Below, in pieces: positions 13,501 to 23,829 of a stretch of 42,940 nucleotides of DNA (positions are counted from its first letter, which is position 1; each line of letters starts with the position of its first letter). Below the pieces are notes generated by a model, which saw nothing but the letters and a program-made list of their open reading frames with translations, ran no database searches and was not told where the DNA came from. The position numbers and the translations under genes are program-made. This stretch comes from Catajapyx aquilonaris (Eukaryota): contig JYFJ02003371.1 in NCBI GenBank assembly GCA_000934665.2, forward strand, positions 1 to 42,940, in the 5' to 3' direction.

Positions 13501-13548
13501 GATACCATCGAAGTCTTCCAGCAGCAGACCGGTGGACGGGCGCTGTAA
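7552..13548 (+). CDS. SUMO: Small ubiquitin-related modifier (SUMO2/3-type, Smt3), 96 aa; exons 7552-7575, 12091-12219, 13411-13548
   Basis: Spliced product: [96 protein letters not shown]. Both introns are phase-0 GT-AG, and AATAAA lies at ~13775. Exons 2-3 are unambiguous; exon 1 was assigned from the ATG context, donor site and size. Confidence 0.95.
8327..8587 (-). mobile_element. tRNA-derived SINE with a V-domain-like core, in SUMO intron 1
   Basis: Minus strand: A box (ggtggcggagtggtta), B box (aagttcgatcccc), core gttctctccgtgttcgcgtgggttttctcggggttctcccgtttcctccc, then a (TTA)n tail. TSD taacaaga at 8319-8326 and 8588-8595. Confidence 0.88.
8697..9901. mobile_element. Non-autonomous foldback/DNA element with ~160 bp inverted termini
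   Basis: 8697-8856 (...gtaagacctctgtggcggaatgaaagtactgaaacaaggcaggcgcacgtaagaccttcaccaattgatttaagctgtacc...) is the reverse complement of ~9746-9901. A diverged partial copy of the arm lies at ~8155-8220. Confidence 0.7.
9911..10399. mobile_element. Possible piggyBac-like non-autonomous element
   Basis: The ends ttaaacccattcgcaatacc and ggtagcgaaggggttaa are imperfect inverted repeats bounded by TTAA. There is a subterminal gccatcgcc / ggcgatggc match. Confidence 0.45.
10405..10834. mobile_element. Tc1/mariner (pogo/Tigger-like) MITE
   Basis: The ends TA-cacttgaatccagataaaaca and gctttatccggattcaactg-TA are imperfect TIRs with TA flanks. Confidence 0.6.
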
Positions 13549-13916
13549 TCTCTTGGAAATTCGTTACCCCTGGATTCTAGCTGATCCTGGCAAGGACATT
13601 TTAAGGGAAAGAGGGGGACTTGGTCCAACGTGTGAAGGATCGGCAAAGGAATTCTAGGTTTTTTTTATTGTTTTTTTTGCTGTTCGGGGAACCTGCTCTC
13701 CAAGATCTCATTCTTCGGAAGAACTATGTGTGCGTGTGTGTCGATTATTTTTAAAGGGTTAACTAAATCCTAATAATAAAGTGGTGCTTCAAAAATGCAG
13801 AAGTTTATTGTTTGGAAGGCAAAACTGTTGCATGTCTCGGAAGGAGCTCGTAGAACGCTCGTAGAATAATTCAGTTCACATTGCTGCATGTTCTACATCC
13901 ACATTTTCACACCAAG

Positions 13917-14277
13917 CCCCAGCTCAAGCCCATCGTCGTCGTGAAGGCTGTTGGTATGGATGGCAGGGTCATGAGGTTTAAGATCAAGAAGACCACCTGC
14001 CTTGGACGCTATAGGTGGCTAGTCTATTGTGGCGTGCATGTCAGTATCTCTCGCTGACCCATGAATGGTTTCTCATGATAAAACCAATTTATAGAGGCTG
14101 CCACAGCACCAGCTACGCTTCCTGTATGATGGCTGTCACATCAACCAAGCCGACACTCCCCTCTCCATGGACATGCGTGAGGGAGACACCATTTGCGTCT
14201 TTGAAGAACTGATCAGGGGCATTTTGACAGCTGCTGTGAATGTTCAGTGTGAGGTTCACAGGTTTGATTGTCACTGA
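13917..14277 (+). CDS. SUMO-like unit 1: duplicated exon 2 + exon 3 pair (13917-14039, 14095-14277) with no evident own first exon; alternative SUMO 3' exons or pseudogene
   Basis: PQLKPIVVVKAVGMDGRVMRFKIKKTTCLGRYRWLVYCGVH|RLPQHQLRFLYDGCHINQADTPLSMDMREGDTICVFEELIRGILTAAVNVQCEVHRFDCH*. The frame is open, the GTCAGT donor and intron position match SUMO, and LIRG replaces QTGG. The first acceptor (AAG) is weak. Confidence 0.7.
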
Positions 14278-14974
14278 CGGCTAATATAGTCGCCCATCCA
14301 ACATTAATCTTACACCTGTCAGCCTACGTATGTGGAAAAAGCTCAACCTGATGAGGATGTTGCAGCAAAAACAGACACGTGCACATAGCGTGAAAGGAAT
14401 GGATGAATCAGAATTTTGTGCGTGTGTTACTGTGGTGAATAAGTCAATTTTCAAGATTTTCCCGAAGATGTTGCGCATCAAGACCATTTATTTTTAGGAT
14501 TGTAGCCTGGCAAATAAACTGTCGTGAAAACTTGCCTATACCTGGTGGCGACCCCAGAATTTGTTGCATCGGAGAGTTTGAGTGGGGAATCCTTTACACA
14601 TGAAGACATACAAAACACTATTGCACTGCTTTTCACACTGTTTTAAAGACTCGGTCACGTTTTATATTATTATTGACTCATTAAGATTTATGTGAGCTAT
14701 GTTGTTATACGTGGCATTTCAAAATTTAATCATGTAAATTGGGAGGTAAAATATTAAATTATCACATGCTTGGGTCAGCCCCACGATAATACTATTGGAG
14801 TTACATTATTGCTCAGATTGACGATAACAGCTACAACTTGTATCACCGAGATGTTAATTTGGGCCCTCTGACTGTATCCGCTCCGTACAGTACTGTACGG
14901 AGAGGTATACTGAGAAAATACTATATACTACATAACTTAGCATACAGTATTTTTCCATTTTAGACTTTTTCTCA

Positions 14975-15365
14975 TTATACGTTTTCTCATTTAACTTATT
15001 CGACTTTTTCTCAATTAAAATTATACCCTTTCTCATTTAAAATTAGACGTTTTCTCATTTAAAGAAGTTATAACGGCTGTCTGTCTGTCTGTGAACAGGT
15101 ATCAGGGCATAAACCACCAGAGATAGCGGAAAACGGTTTTCGGATTCGGATTCAGCATGGCCAACATAGATTTCATGGCCAACTTCCGGTGACCGTCCAC
15201 TTCCGGTTTTCAGGGTCCACTCCTCTTATCATCCAAGGTCAAATCTGCATGCTTTAGGAACCCATTTTCCTTAGGTTGGCAACGAGAAATAAGACTTGTT
15301 GTCCTGCTGGCAATGAGAAAAAAGTATACTCGAATCGCACCCGAGTGATTTGACAAATGTTGGTT
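14975..15365 (+). mobile_element. DINE-1/Helentron-like non-autonomous element
   Basis: Repeated ttatac(cc/g)tttctcatt subterminal motifs, a (ctgt)n microsatellite at ~15078, and an inverted copy aatgagaaaaaagtata at ~15312 followed by a short hairpin (aatcgcacccgagtgatt). Confidence 0.55.
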
Positions 15366-15430
15366 GGTACTACATCATAGTTTAATTATTTTACGAAAGG
15401 AAATACGACGTCACATATTACGCTGCACTT

Positions 15431-15500
15431 TGCGCATGCGCGCGTCCCCAGCCTCGGTGCTGCCGTCTATAAGCTGAGCGAGCTGAGCTTTTACATCTCA
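15431..15500 (+). promoter_or_regulatory. Putative TATA-type promoter of SUMO-like gene 2
   Basis: TGCGCATGCGC (NRF1/Ewg-like) at 15431 and TATAAG at 15468, about 110 bp upstream of the ATG at 15576. Confidence 0.45.
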
Positions 15501-15575
15501 CTGACTCACTTAGTGAGACTGAGGAGGTGTGTCTGCTGCCCCTGTCTGCACCAGACAGAGACAAACACAGCAACA

Positions 15576-16134
15576 ATGAGCCGCTTCCTGGTGGGCTACA
15601 AGCAACTAGCCTTAGTGAGTATATACAGGGTGTGTCATATAATAAGGTTCGGTCACACATGCGGAGAAGGTCACACTTTATGTAGAGGTGTCGTTTGGTC
15701 TGAAGCCTTGCTAATGCACATATCATTCCCACTCTAGTGTATAGTAAGTGATGAGGAGCCTGCTGAGTCTGAAAAGGTCGTGATAACTGTCTATGACAGG
15801 ATGGGTGACGGGGTGGCCTATACGGTGAACAGAACTGTGAGGTTTGAGAAGATCATTGCTCATTACTGCAACTTTAATAAGGTCAGCATCCGCTTATTCT
15901 GTCTCCTGCATGCATCAGGAATTTGTTTCTGCGATGATTTAATCCTGCTATTTTTTTCCACAGAAAGTGCCAATGTCCCACATTCGCATGGAGCGCGGTG
16001 CGCAGCAGATTGCTTTGACTGACACCGTAGCCTCCTCGGGTTTGGAGGATGGAGACTTCTTTGAGATTCACCTGCTGATGGACCCGACTGACAACATACG
16101 TCTAGAGGGATCTCCAATGTCACGTCAGGCTTAA
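15576..16134 (+). CDS. SUMO-like gene 2, single highly divergent domain, 117 aa; exons 15576-15614, 15738-15881, 15964-16134
   Basis: MSRFLVGYKQLAL|CIVSDEEPAESEKVVITVYDRMGDGVAYTVNRTVRFEKIIAHYCNFNK|KVPMSHIRMERGAQQIALTDTVASSGLEDGDFFEIHLLMDPTDNIRLEGSPMSRQA*. It has SUMO's exon structure and phase-0 introns, AATAAA at ~16406, and no di-Gly. Confidence 0.8.
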
Positions 16135-16850
16135 GTGGGCGCTGCAACGGTGCATTGGTCGATCCTAGCTGCACCATGCACGACTCTAACGTTTCACTCT
16201 AGTTATTATACGGGTGCTAATTGCTGTCTGCGTGAGCCTATAGATTCTCTGAGAACGTCGAAGAGAAGTTGTGCAATGTTGGCATAAACGGACTCAGAAT
16301 CTATGTATTTTCTTATTGTTGTTTTGGACGTATTCCAAAGATCTCATTCCCATTTTGTATTCCAATGTTTCCATTATTTTTTTTTTAAAGAGCTGATTCA
16401 TGACCAATAAAATGTTGCCAAAGATGTCAATTATTATTCCTTGAAACTAATGCATCTAGAACTACTCATTGTGATGTCGGTTGTCAAGTCAGGCATATGG
16501 GTTATAATATAAATTTCAAATTCACACACATTTCATATTTCATGTGACGATTGCATCAATTGTTTGTAATTGAACAAATGCTAAAATTTAAATGAAGAAG
16601 CTTTGTCAACAAAATGTCCGTACAGGCTGCGGACAGGTATTTGCTCAATAATTGTTAAACTTGCACAGCACATTTCATATGAATATGACTGCATCGTCAG
16701 TACCAGGTATGTCAATCATCATCACCATCACCATCACGACATTTCATTCCCTATAAGGGGTAGTCAGCGATGACGGAAGCCGTAAGCTAACCCAAAATAT
16801 GAACAACCGGTATGTAATTGCAAAAAATGCTAAAATAATTTTAGCGTATA

Positions 16851-17131
16851 AGAGGCGCAAACATTCGATTTTCGCGTCTCTCTGTTTGGGGTGTTGACAA
16901 GGCTGGCGGCCATCTTGAAGTGTGGGGAACGCCAACGAGGTATAAATAGGGCCATCGCGCGTGTTCTTGCCGTGTAGTTGCCATGGCCGCCAAAACCATC
17001 AAAGATGGCGGACCCTATTTTTGCCTGTACCCTATTTATACCTCGTTGGCGTTCCCCACACTTCAAGATGGCCGCCAGCCTTGGCAACGGCCCCAAACAG
17101 AGAGACGCGAACATCAAAGTCGTTGGGCCTC
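16851..17131. mobile_element. MITE family B, copy 2
   Basis: Same TIRs as 6665-6960, with a degraded right end. Confidence 0.8.
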
Positions 17132-17569
17132 GTCAGAAACTGGAGTTATTTCGGTAGTTAAACTCTAGTTAAATCCATTGCCATTAACCATGGGGGTTAA
17201 TTTTTTGAAATTCCCGGTTCGAGCCGTAGATGTGGCAACACCGCTGGCAATAATGACAAAAAACCCGCAATAATAACTTTCCAATCAATTTTTAACCCCA
17301 ATTAATGACAGCCGGAGGTCCTTGTGTGACCAAATTAAATTAAACAAATTCCATCGAACGTCACCTGTTGCGACAGAGGACCGATTGGCAACGCCGCAAT
17401 GGAACAACGAAGAAGCTCGAGAGGATTCCAGAGCCCGCGTCTCTTTTCCTTTCCTCCAGAGTTCCAGAGAAATTCCTCCGGGATCAAATGACAGGAAGGG
17501 ACCACCAGGGTTCCTGAGGGCATTCCTGAGGGACTGGGGATTTTTGTTCTGGGCACAGGAAGAGCAGCC

Positions 17570-18211
17570 ATGGGCACGACCGGCAATGGCTCGGTGAGTG
17601 CGACATATGCGTCGAAGGGTGATTCAGGGACAATGTAGGCTGCAGGGGGTCATCTATTACTAATGGGAGGGTCATTATGTCACTATGGGTGTCGATTGGG
17701 CTAGGTTTGGCCTCCTGAGGGTCGACAACAAGGGATTAGTAGGGGTCAATACCAAAGGTCATTGACCGGGACACGTCAGGTGACACTTTGATAAAATTAG
17801 AATTGGTTCCAAAAATGTCAAAAAATGCTCTTTCATTTTGTCCTGAAGGGCTTCATACATGTGGTGCCTGAGTCGGAGTACATCACCATATGCGTGTATG
17901 ATCTGGACGGCAGTTGCGTGATGTTCAAGATGAAGAAGACTATGCAGTTTAGGAGGCTCATGTTGTGGTACACTAACCGTGCGGTCAGTATTGCCGTCGC
18001 ATCGTTTTGATGGATTTAATAAGACGGAATGAATTTACAGGGGGTGTCGATGTCCAGCCTCTGCTTCGAGCACAATGGTCAGCGCATCGGCAAGACCGAC
18101 ACTCCTCTTACCTTGGGCGTGCAGGATGGAGATTCCTTTGTCGTGAACCTCTTGAGGCATTGCGTGTGGACTGGAGACGCCATGGAATTTACTATGCATC
18201 GTGGCGACTAA
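17570..18211 (+). CDS. SUMO-like gene 3, single domain, 109 aa; exons 17570-17593, 17849-17983, 18041-18211
   Basis: MGTTGNGS|GFIHVVPESEYITICVYDLDGSCVMFKMKKTMQFRRLMLWYTNRA|GVSMSSLCFEHNGQRIGKTDTPLTLGVQDGDSFVVNLLRHCVWTGDAMEFTMHRGD*. The 24-nt first coding exon is the same length as in SUMO. Confidence 0.85.
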
Positions 18212-18730
18212 AGACAAGTTCCGAGAGGGGGGGCGCTCTACATGGTTTTTCACTCTCGTTTTTTGTATGCGAATGACAATCTTCTGGCTGTGAGCCTGGA
18301 TCCTGAGGAAGCTCATGATGTTCACGGGAAGAAGGCAGTGTTTGAAGAAGCATCTTGCCACCCTTTTTATTGTTATTTTGGAAGACTCACTTTCGATGAT
18401 CTCATTGAGAAGTTTTGTATGCCAATTTTTAAAAAGCTGAATCGTGACCAAAATAAAACGGTTAATGGTTATTGTTTGTCAACTAAAATTAACAAACCCG
18501 TTCGAAATATTCAGGAATATCAGTCGTGCCCGAGGTCGTGCCATGATGGCGTCAATGATTGTTGTTGGTTACAATGCTATGGAAACAGGCTGTGTTTGTT
18601 TGCTTGTTTGTCCATGGCAACCATTGCGCAAACACAAGATGCAGATGAGATTCATCTCCTTTACGTTGCCCAATAATAACCTATCTTTAGCAGTTCATTC
18701 AACGGACATAATGGGCAACCAAGTCGCTAA

Positions 18731-18842
18731 AGGCCGGTATCAACGTACGAGATTCTCGCATACGCATGCCCAGATACGAGAAAGTTGAAATATATTTCAA
18801 CTTTCTCATATCTGGGCATGCGCAGTTGGCTCCCCGCGGCTT
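18731..18842. mobile_element. Internally deleted copy of the 3696-3870 MITE
   Basis: taa-aggccggtatcaacgtacgagattctcgcatacgcatgcccagatacgagaaagttgaaa...gcgcagttggctcc matches the first copy. Confidence 0.75.
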
Positions 18843-19392
18843 TAACAATGAAAGTTTTGTGACCTCAGTACGCTTTTATTGCAAGGTCAGATTGTATCGC
18901 ATTCAAGAAAAACAATGAGAAAAACAAGAAAACAGGCGTGTTATCCCCCCCCAAAAAAACCAGATTGTTGACGCCAATTAAATTCCAACCATGCGAAAAC
19001 TTATCTTGACATTCCCGCAATTCTTGCCATGATTTTGCGAAGTGGCAATGCTGCACTAAATTACGTAACAAACTTTTAGCCACTGCACTGTGTGGCATGT
19101 TTATAACAATAATTGATTGGGTATTCGGCTAACCCCATGCATGTTTATAAAAACCTTTATTTACAGCAGGAAATTGTAAATGATAATGAAAAGTAAAATT
19201 AGTTCATTTCTTCCTTGTTGTGTAAGCCGATTTGGCAACGCAGTGCATGACTTAAGAGTGCAAAAATTTGCATTCATATGAAACCAGAGAGTGTCCGCCA
19301 AGCAAAGCCGTAATTAGGGTCAGACGGAGGCGTCTCCTGGTTGTACTCTTAGGCCTGACACTGCAGGACATACCATACGAGAAGGCACAACA

Positions 19393-19988
19393 ATGAGCAA
19401 CATGCTGCATTACGAGCAGGATTACGCAATGGTAAGTGTCACATGATGATTTCGAACAAATGGTGTACTCCCTGGGTGATGGAGGATCACTTTATTATGT
19501 GTCGTTTAGTCTCGGATGATAACTAAAGTGTGCTTTTACGTTGCAAAACAACACTACCTGTGAGATAATGTGAATTGTTGCGATTGGGTGATTTTCCGCT
19601 GTATTCGCAGGGTTACGTGCATGTCGACCCAGAGTCGGAGTACGTCTACATCGAGATCGTCTCGGAAAAGGCTGGGCTGCTGGTGCTATTCCGCACGAAG
19701 AAGACCGCACCGCTTCAGGATCTAATGCTGCAGTATTGTGCACAAGAAGTATGTCCACTTCACACCTTCCAGTTGCAATTATGTACACATTAATTTATTA
19801 TCAATTATTTTCAGAGGGTGCTGATGTCCGACATTCGGTTCGAGCTGAATGATCGGCTAGTCAAGGAGACTGATACGCCAAACTCACTGCATATGCAGGA
19901 GGGCGATTCCTTTGATGTTTACCTGCGTACTGACCATTTCGGACCTGGACAGCTGATGGAATTTGCGATGCCCAATGTCCGGGATTAA
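19393..19988 (+). CDS. SUMO-like gene 4, single domain, 116 aa; exons 19393-19431, 19611-19748, 19815-19988
   Basis: MSNMLHYEQDYAM|GYVHVDPESEYVYIEIVSEKAGLLVLFRTKKTAPLQDLMLQYCAQE|RVLMSDIRFELNDRLVKETDTPNSLHMQEGDSFDVYLRTDHFGPGQLMEFAMPNVRD*. The frame is open and the splice sites are canonical. Confidence 0.85.
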
Positions 19989-20076
19989 TCCTACTCACGT
20001 TGTACGCACCTCGACTGTCTGCTGGATTTGTATTCTAGTTACACAGCGATGTAGTAGCGAGCTGAGTCAAAAGAAC

Positions 20077-20636
20077 AGTAAGGTGAAGTGGGGTAAGTGC
20101 ATACACGGGGTAAGTGCATAAACTGGCCGCCATATTGGAATGAAAATGGCTCACATGCTCACCTCTTGTGATGTGCAGCTACACAAAAGAGTGCCTGACA
20201 TGTTTTGGTGTCGTCAGCCATTTTCATTCCAATATGGCGGCCCCGTGTACGCACTTACCCCGTGTATGCACTTACCCCGTGTACACACTTACCCCCGGTG
20301 TACGCACTTACCCCGTGTATGCACTTACCCGGTGTAGGCACTTACCTTGTGTATGCACTTTATACCCCGTGTATGCACTTACCCCGTCTATGCACTTACC
20401 CCGTGTACGCACTTACCCGGTGGAGGCACTTACCCCGTGTATGCACTTACCCCGTGTACGCACCTACCCCGTGTACGCACTTTCCCCGTTTATGCACTTT
20501 CCCCGTCTATGCACTTTCCCCATCTAGGCACTTTCCCCGTCTATGCACTTTCCCCGTCTATGCACTTACCCCGTCTATGCACTTTCCCCGTGTATGCACT
20601 TACCCCGTGTATGCACTTACCCCACTTCACCTTACT
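20077..20636. mobile_element. Foldback element whose TIRs contain a 17-bp minisatellite
   Basis: The left end agtaaggtgaagtggggtaagtgcata mirrors the right end tatgcacttaccccacttcaccttact. There is also an inner inverted pair, ccgccatattggaatgaaaatggct / agccattttcattccaatatggcgg. Confidence 0.8.
20241..20625. repeat. 17-bp tandem repeat (gcacttaccccgtgtat)n, about 22 copies
   Basis: The tandem array is directly visible and explains the repetitive ORFs annotated at 20140-20761. Confidence 0.95.
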
Positions 20637-21402
20637 TTAATGTTCGAAGCGGGAGGAATGCAGGTGGTTTATGCCATATGCACATATATCATGTGCCATT
20701 GTCATTACACGTTACGCTGTCACTTACACCTGAGGGCGTAAGAATTGTTAGGCGTTCATGAGAAGATGCTGCATGTCTATTGTTTGAACGACCAGACGGT
20801 TGACAATCTACTTTTTATTATCTCACCCTTTTGTACTTTACATGTCCATTACTTACAAGAGTTGCATAATTGGTATATTAATAAAATGTTTGCAATAATG
20901 CTGGTGATTGTTCTTGAATCTAAAATGGGCCACATTTTATGCATATGAGTGTTGTACTAATTGCCAAAAAAAAAAAAGTCATCTGCAACAATATTGGCGA
21001 CTAAAATTAGCAATTTTTCAAGACTTTTTTTTGAAACTTCCCGCCTATTATTCGAACACGTTCTATAATCGACATTTGTGGAATAGATATGGCAACGTCG
21101 CAATAACATTTAAGTTCAATAAATGAGAAAATGACAATTTAAACTATCATCCGGAAATTTAATTATAAGCCGTTGATTAATTAATGTGAATTAATTAGAA
21201 CAGTGTTGCCAGGTGTATGCTTCAGATGTGGCAACCCCGTACAATTTCGAACGTGTGGTTCTGGTCAAAGAGCTTTGGTTCTGGTGTTCTAATCCTCTGG
21301 TTCTAATCCTATGTTCCAAAGGTCGTTCCAGGTCAGTTCTCCTTCCCTGTTCTCTGGGCCTGCCTTCCCCTATTACACCGGAAGGACAAGAAGCTGCTGC
21401 CC

Positions 21403-23207
21403 ATGGACCGCATCAACTACGCCAGCAGCAATCATGGCCTGCTGAAGCCTGAGTGGATCAACTTGAGAGTCTTTGGTCGGAATGGCAATATGATATTTAA
21501 AATGAAGAAGACTGTGAAGCTGAACAAGCTGATGGAGAAGTACTGCGAGCGTATGGTCAGAACTTTCACTTTTCTCTTCATGCTAAGTTCCGTAGCACAG
21601 GGTATAACAAATATGGCTTCAAACAAATACACGATCTAGTAGCATGCATCACTAGTTAATGGTCGGTTTCACTGAGCTCGGTAAATGATAAAACCAGGTT
21701 TCTTTAGGAAAATCCCTAATGTTTGTATGGGTTTTCCGAAAGAAACCTGGTTTTATCATAACTCGATGAAACCAGTCCATTTAAAAAAATAATCTGAAGA
21801 TTTCTGCTACAAAATTGCGGGTGTCTGAACTGATGATGACCTCGTGATATCTTCCAGGTTCTATTGAGGTCTGACGTTCATTTCTTGTTCAATGGTCACC
21901 GTATCGCTGGAAGTGATACTCCTGACTCCATGGGCATGAAGGAGAGAGACAACATCAAGGCTGTCGTGCGTTGTCCTGATGGAAGAGAAGGACGTGTCCA
22001 GCGTTTCAGCGCTACAACTAGAAAGGTAGGTCTTTGTTGTCGTTTTTGAGGCCGTCTCAGGGGTCATTTATGCGGAGAACCAAGAAAACTGGACCAGAAT
22101 TTGGTCGATGACAAAGTCGTGTTACCTCACTCCTATGAGAGGACCTCACTCCATCCAGCATTGGAACAAAATTAGTTAAATGATATTTACTCATGTTTTG
22201 CCAGAGTACTTATGCTCCTACTAACTTTTCACATTAAGGCCCATTCACACAGGCCGTCGACGGTTTTGGTCTTTGGTCCGTGGCGTCAATGCGACCAAAG
22301 ACCAAAGCCAGCGACGACCTGTGTGTGTGGGCCTTTATGCGCACATTACTGACAATTGCATTTCTGTTTCTCTGCTCTATCCACAGGATCACCTGAAGCC
22401 TGAGTGGATCTACTTGAGAGTTGGTCGGAATGCCAATATCATATTTAGAATGAAGAAGACTGTGAAGCTTACCAAGCTGATGAAGACGTACTGCGAGCGT
22501 ATGGTCAGAACTTTCACTTTTCTTTGATGCTAAGTTACGTTGCACAGGGTAACAAATATTGCTTCAAACCGGCCCATTTCAATAATAATCTCAAGATTTC
22601 TGCTACAAAATTGTGGTTTACGTGTGACTTGGTCAATAGTTTCTCGAATGAGAATGATTTCTAACCTTGTAATCTTGTGAAATTATTTTTAGGAGCTGTT
22701 GAGGTCCAGTGTTTCGTTCCTGTTCCGTGGCGAGGAGATCCCTGGCACCGCCACACCTGACTCCTTAAACATGAAGGACAGAGATCGCATTGAAACTGTC
22801 AATTCTCTCTCTCGACTCCAACCGAAGAATCACATGGGGTCCGAGAGAATCATCTTGAATGTGTTTGGTGAGGATGGGCTTCTCCTCAAATTTAAATTGA
22901 AGAAGACTACGAACCTTGCCTACTTGATGGATAAGCATTGCGAGCATCAGGTCAGTACTTCCGACATTATTTTTTTCTGATTTGAAGTCACATTTTCAGA
23001 TTTGGTTGAGAGCAATGGTTTCCAGATGGACTTGTCCACGAGTCAATTGGAATTAATCACATGATATATTTCCAGGGGTTGTTGAGGTCCACTGTTCTTT
23101 TCATGTTCAACGGACAACAGATCAAGGATGGCAACACTCCCAGCTCGTTACGCATGAAGGACCAAGATCGCATTGACACTCGTATTTTAAAAGCTCCAGC
23201 TGCCTAG
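21403..23207 (+). CDS. SUMO-like gene 5: three tandem SUMO-like domains, ~275 aa; exons 21403-21555, 21858-22025, 22387-22503, 22693-22950, 23076-23207
   Basis: Domain 1: MDRIN...KPEWINLRVFGRNGNMIFKMKKTVKLNKLMEKYCERM|VLLRSDVHFLFNGHRIAGSDTPDSMGMKERDNIKAV... Domain 2: DHLKPEWIYLRVGRNANIIFRMKKT...YCERM|ELLRSSVSFLFRGEEIPGTATPDSLNMKDRDRIETV... Domain 3: ERIILNVFGEDGLLLKFKLKKT...HCEHQ|GLLRSTVLFMFNGQQIKDGNTPSSLRMKDQDRIDTRILKAPAA*. All exon lengths are multiples of 3. Confidence 0.85.
21660..21779. mobile_element. Short palindromic MITE (family C) in an intron of gene 5
   Basis: ggtcggtttcactgagctcggtaaatgataaaaccaggtttc...gaaacctggttttatcataactcgatgaaaccagtcc. A better-preserved copy lies at 28556-28683. 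Confidence 0.75.
22237..22334. mobile_element. Small MITE with TTA TSD (Harbinger-like) in an intron of gene 5
   Basis: tta-aggcccattcacacaggccgtcg...cgacctgtgtgtgtgggcct-tta. Same family as window positions 1-61. Confidence 0.8.
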
Positions 23208-23829
23208 GTTTGTAGTTCGGTCGGGGTGAGTGATCAATGGTGAACCCTGAACAAGTATTTGGTTGCATCTTGTCATAAAAGGGTTTAGGAATAAACTGGT
23301 ACCAACTATGAATAATGAGGATCAACCACTTGCACAGAATTTATTATTGATCATTGATTTTGCAGTTATTGCGTACGTAGGTCCTAATTAATCTCTCTGC
23401 TGTAACCCTAGGTTTTGTGGAAGTTGAACTGAAGAATTAAGATAAAGAGGATGTGCTCGACTGTTGGAAGGGAATACCATGCCACTTTTGTGTTTCCTTC
23501 CCTCCTTTCCGAGCACTCACTACGAGATCTCAGGTTTCATGAAGTTCATTGTTGTTAACGTTCGAATTGTTCAAATAAAATGTTTTGGAATGGACGTGGC
23601 AATGCTGCAATGAACCACTGCAATTTCCTTTTTAGAAACTTTCAAAAGCCAAATTATTAGCGAGTAAGTGTTGCCAGGTGTCTGATTAGGTTCGGATGTC
23701 GTGGCAACCATCGTTGGAGTCTGTGCTGTCAAACGGAACAGAATAAAGATTCTTTCCAGGTCGGTTCTTCTGTCCCGGGTTTGCATATAATCTGGGCCAA
23801 TGTATGCTTCCACATACGGAAGGACTGCC

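Noticed and set aside
20140..20761. Several long overlapping ORFs with repetitive CTYPVYALTP translations; superficial CRISPR-like periodicity
   Set aside because: They are artefacts of a stop-free 17-bp tandem repeat. There are no unique spacers or cas genes, and the DNA is eukaryotic.
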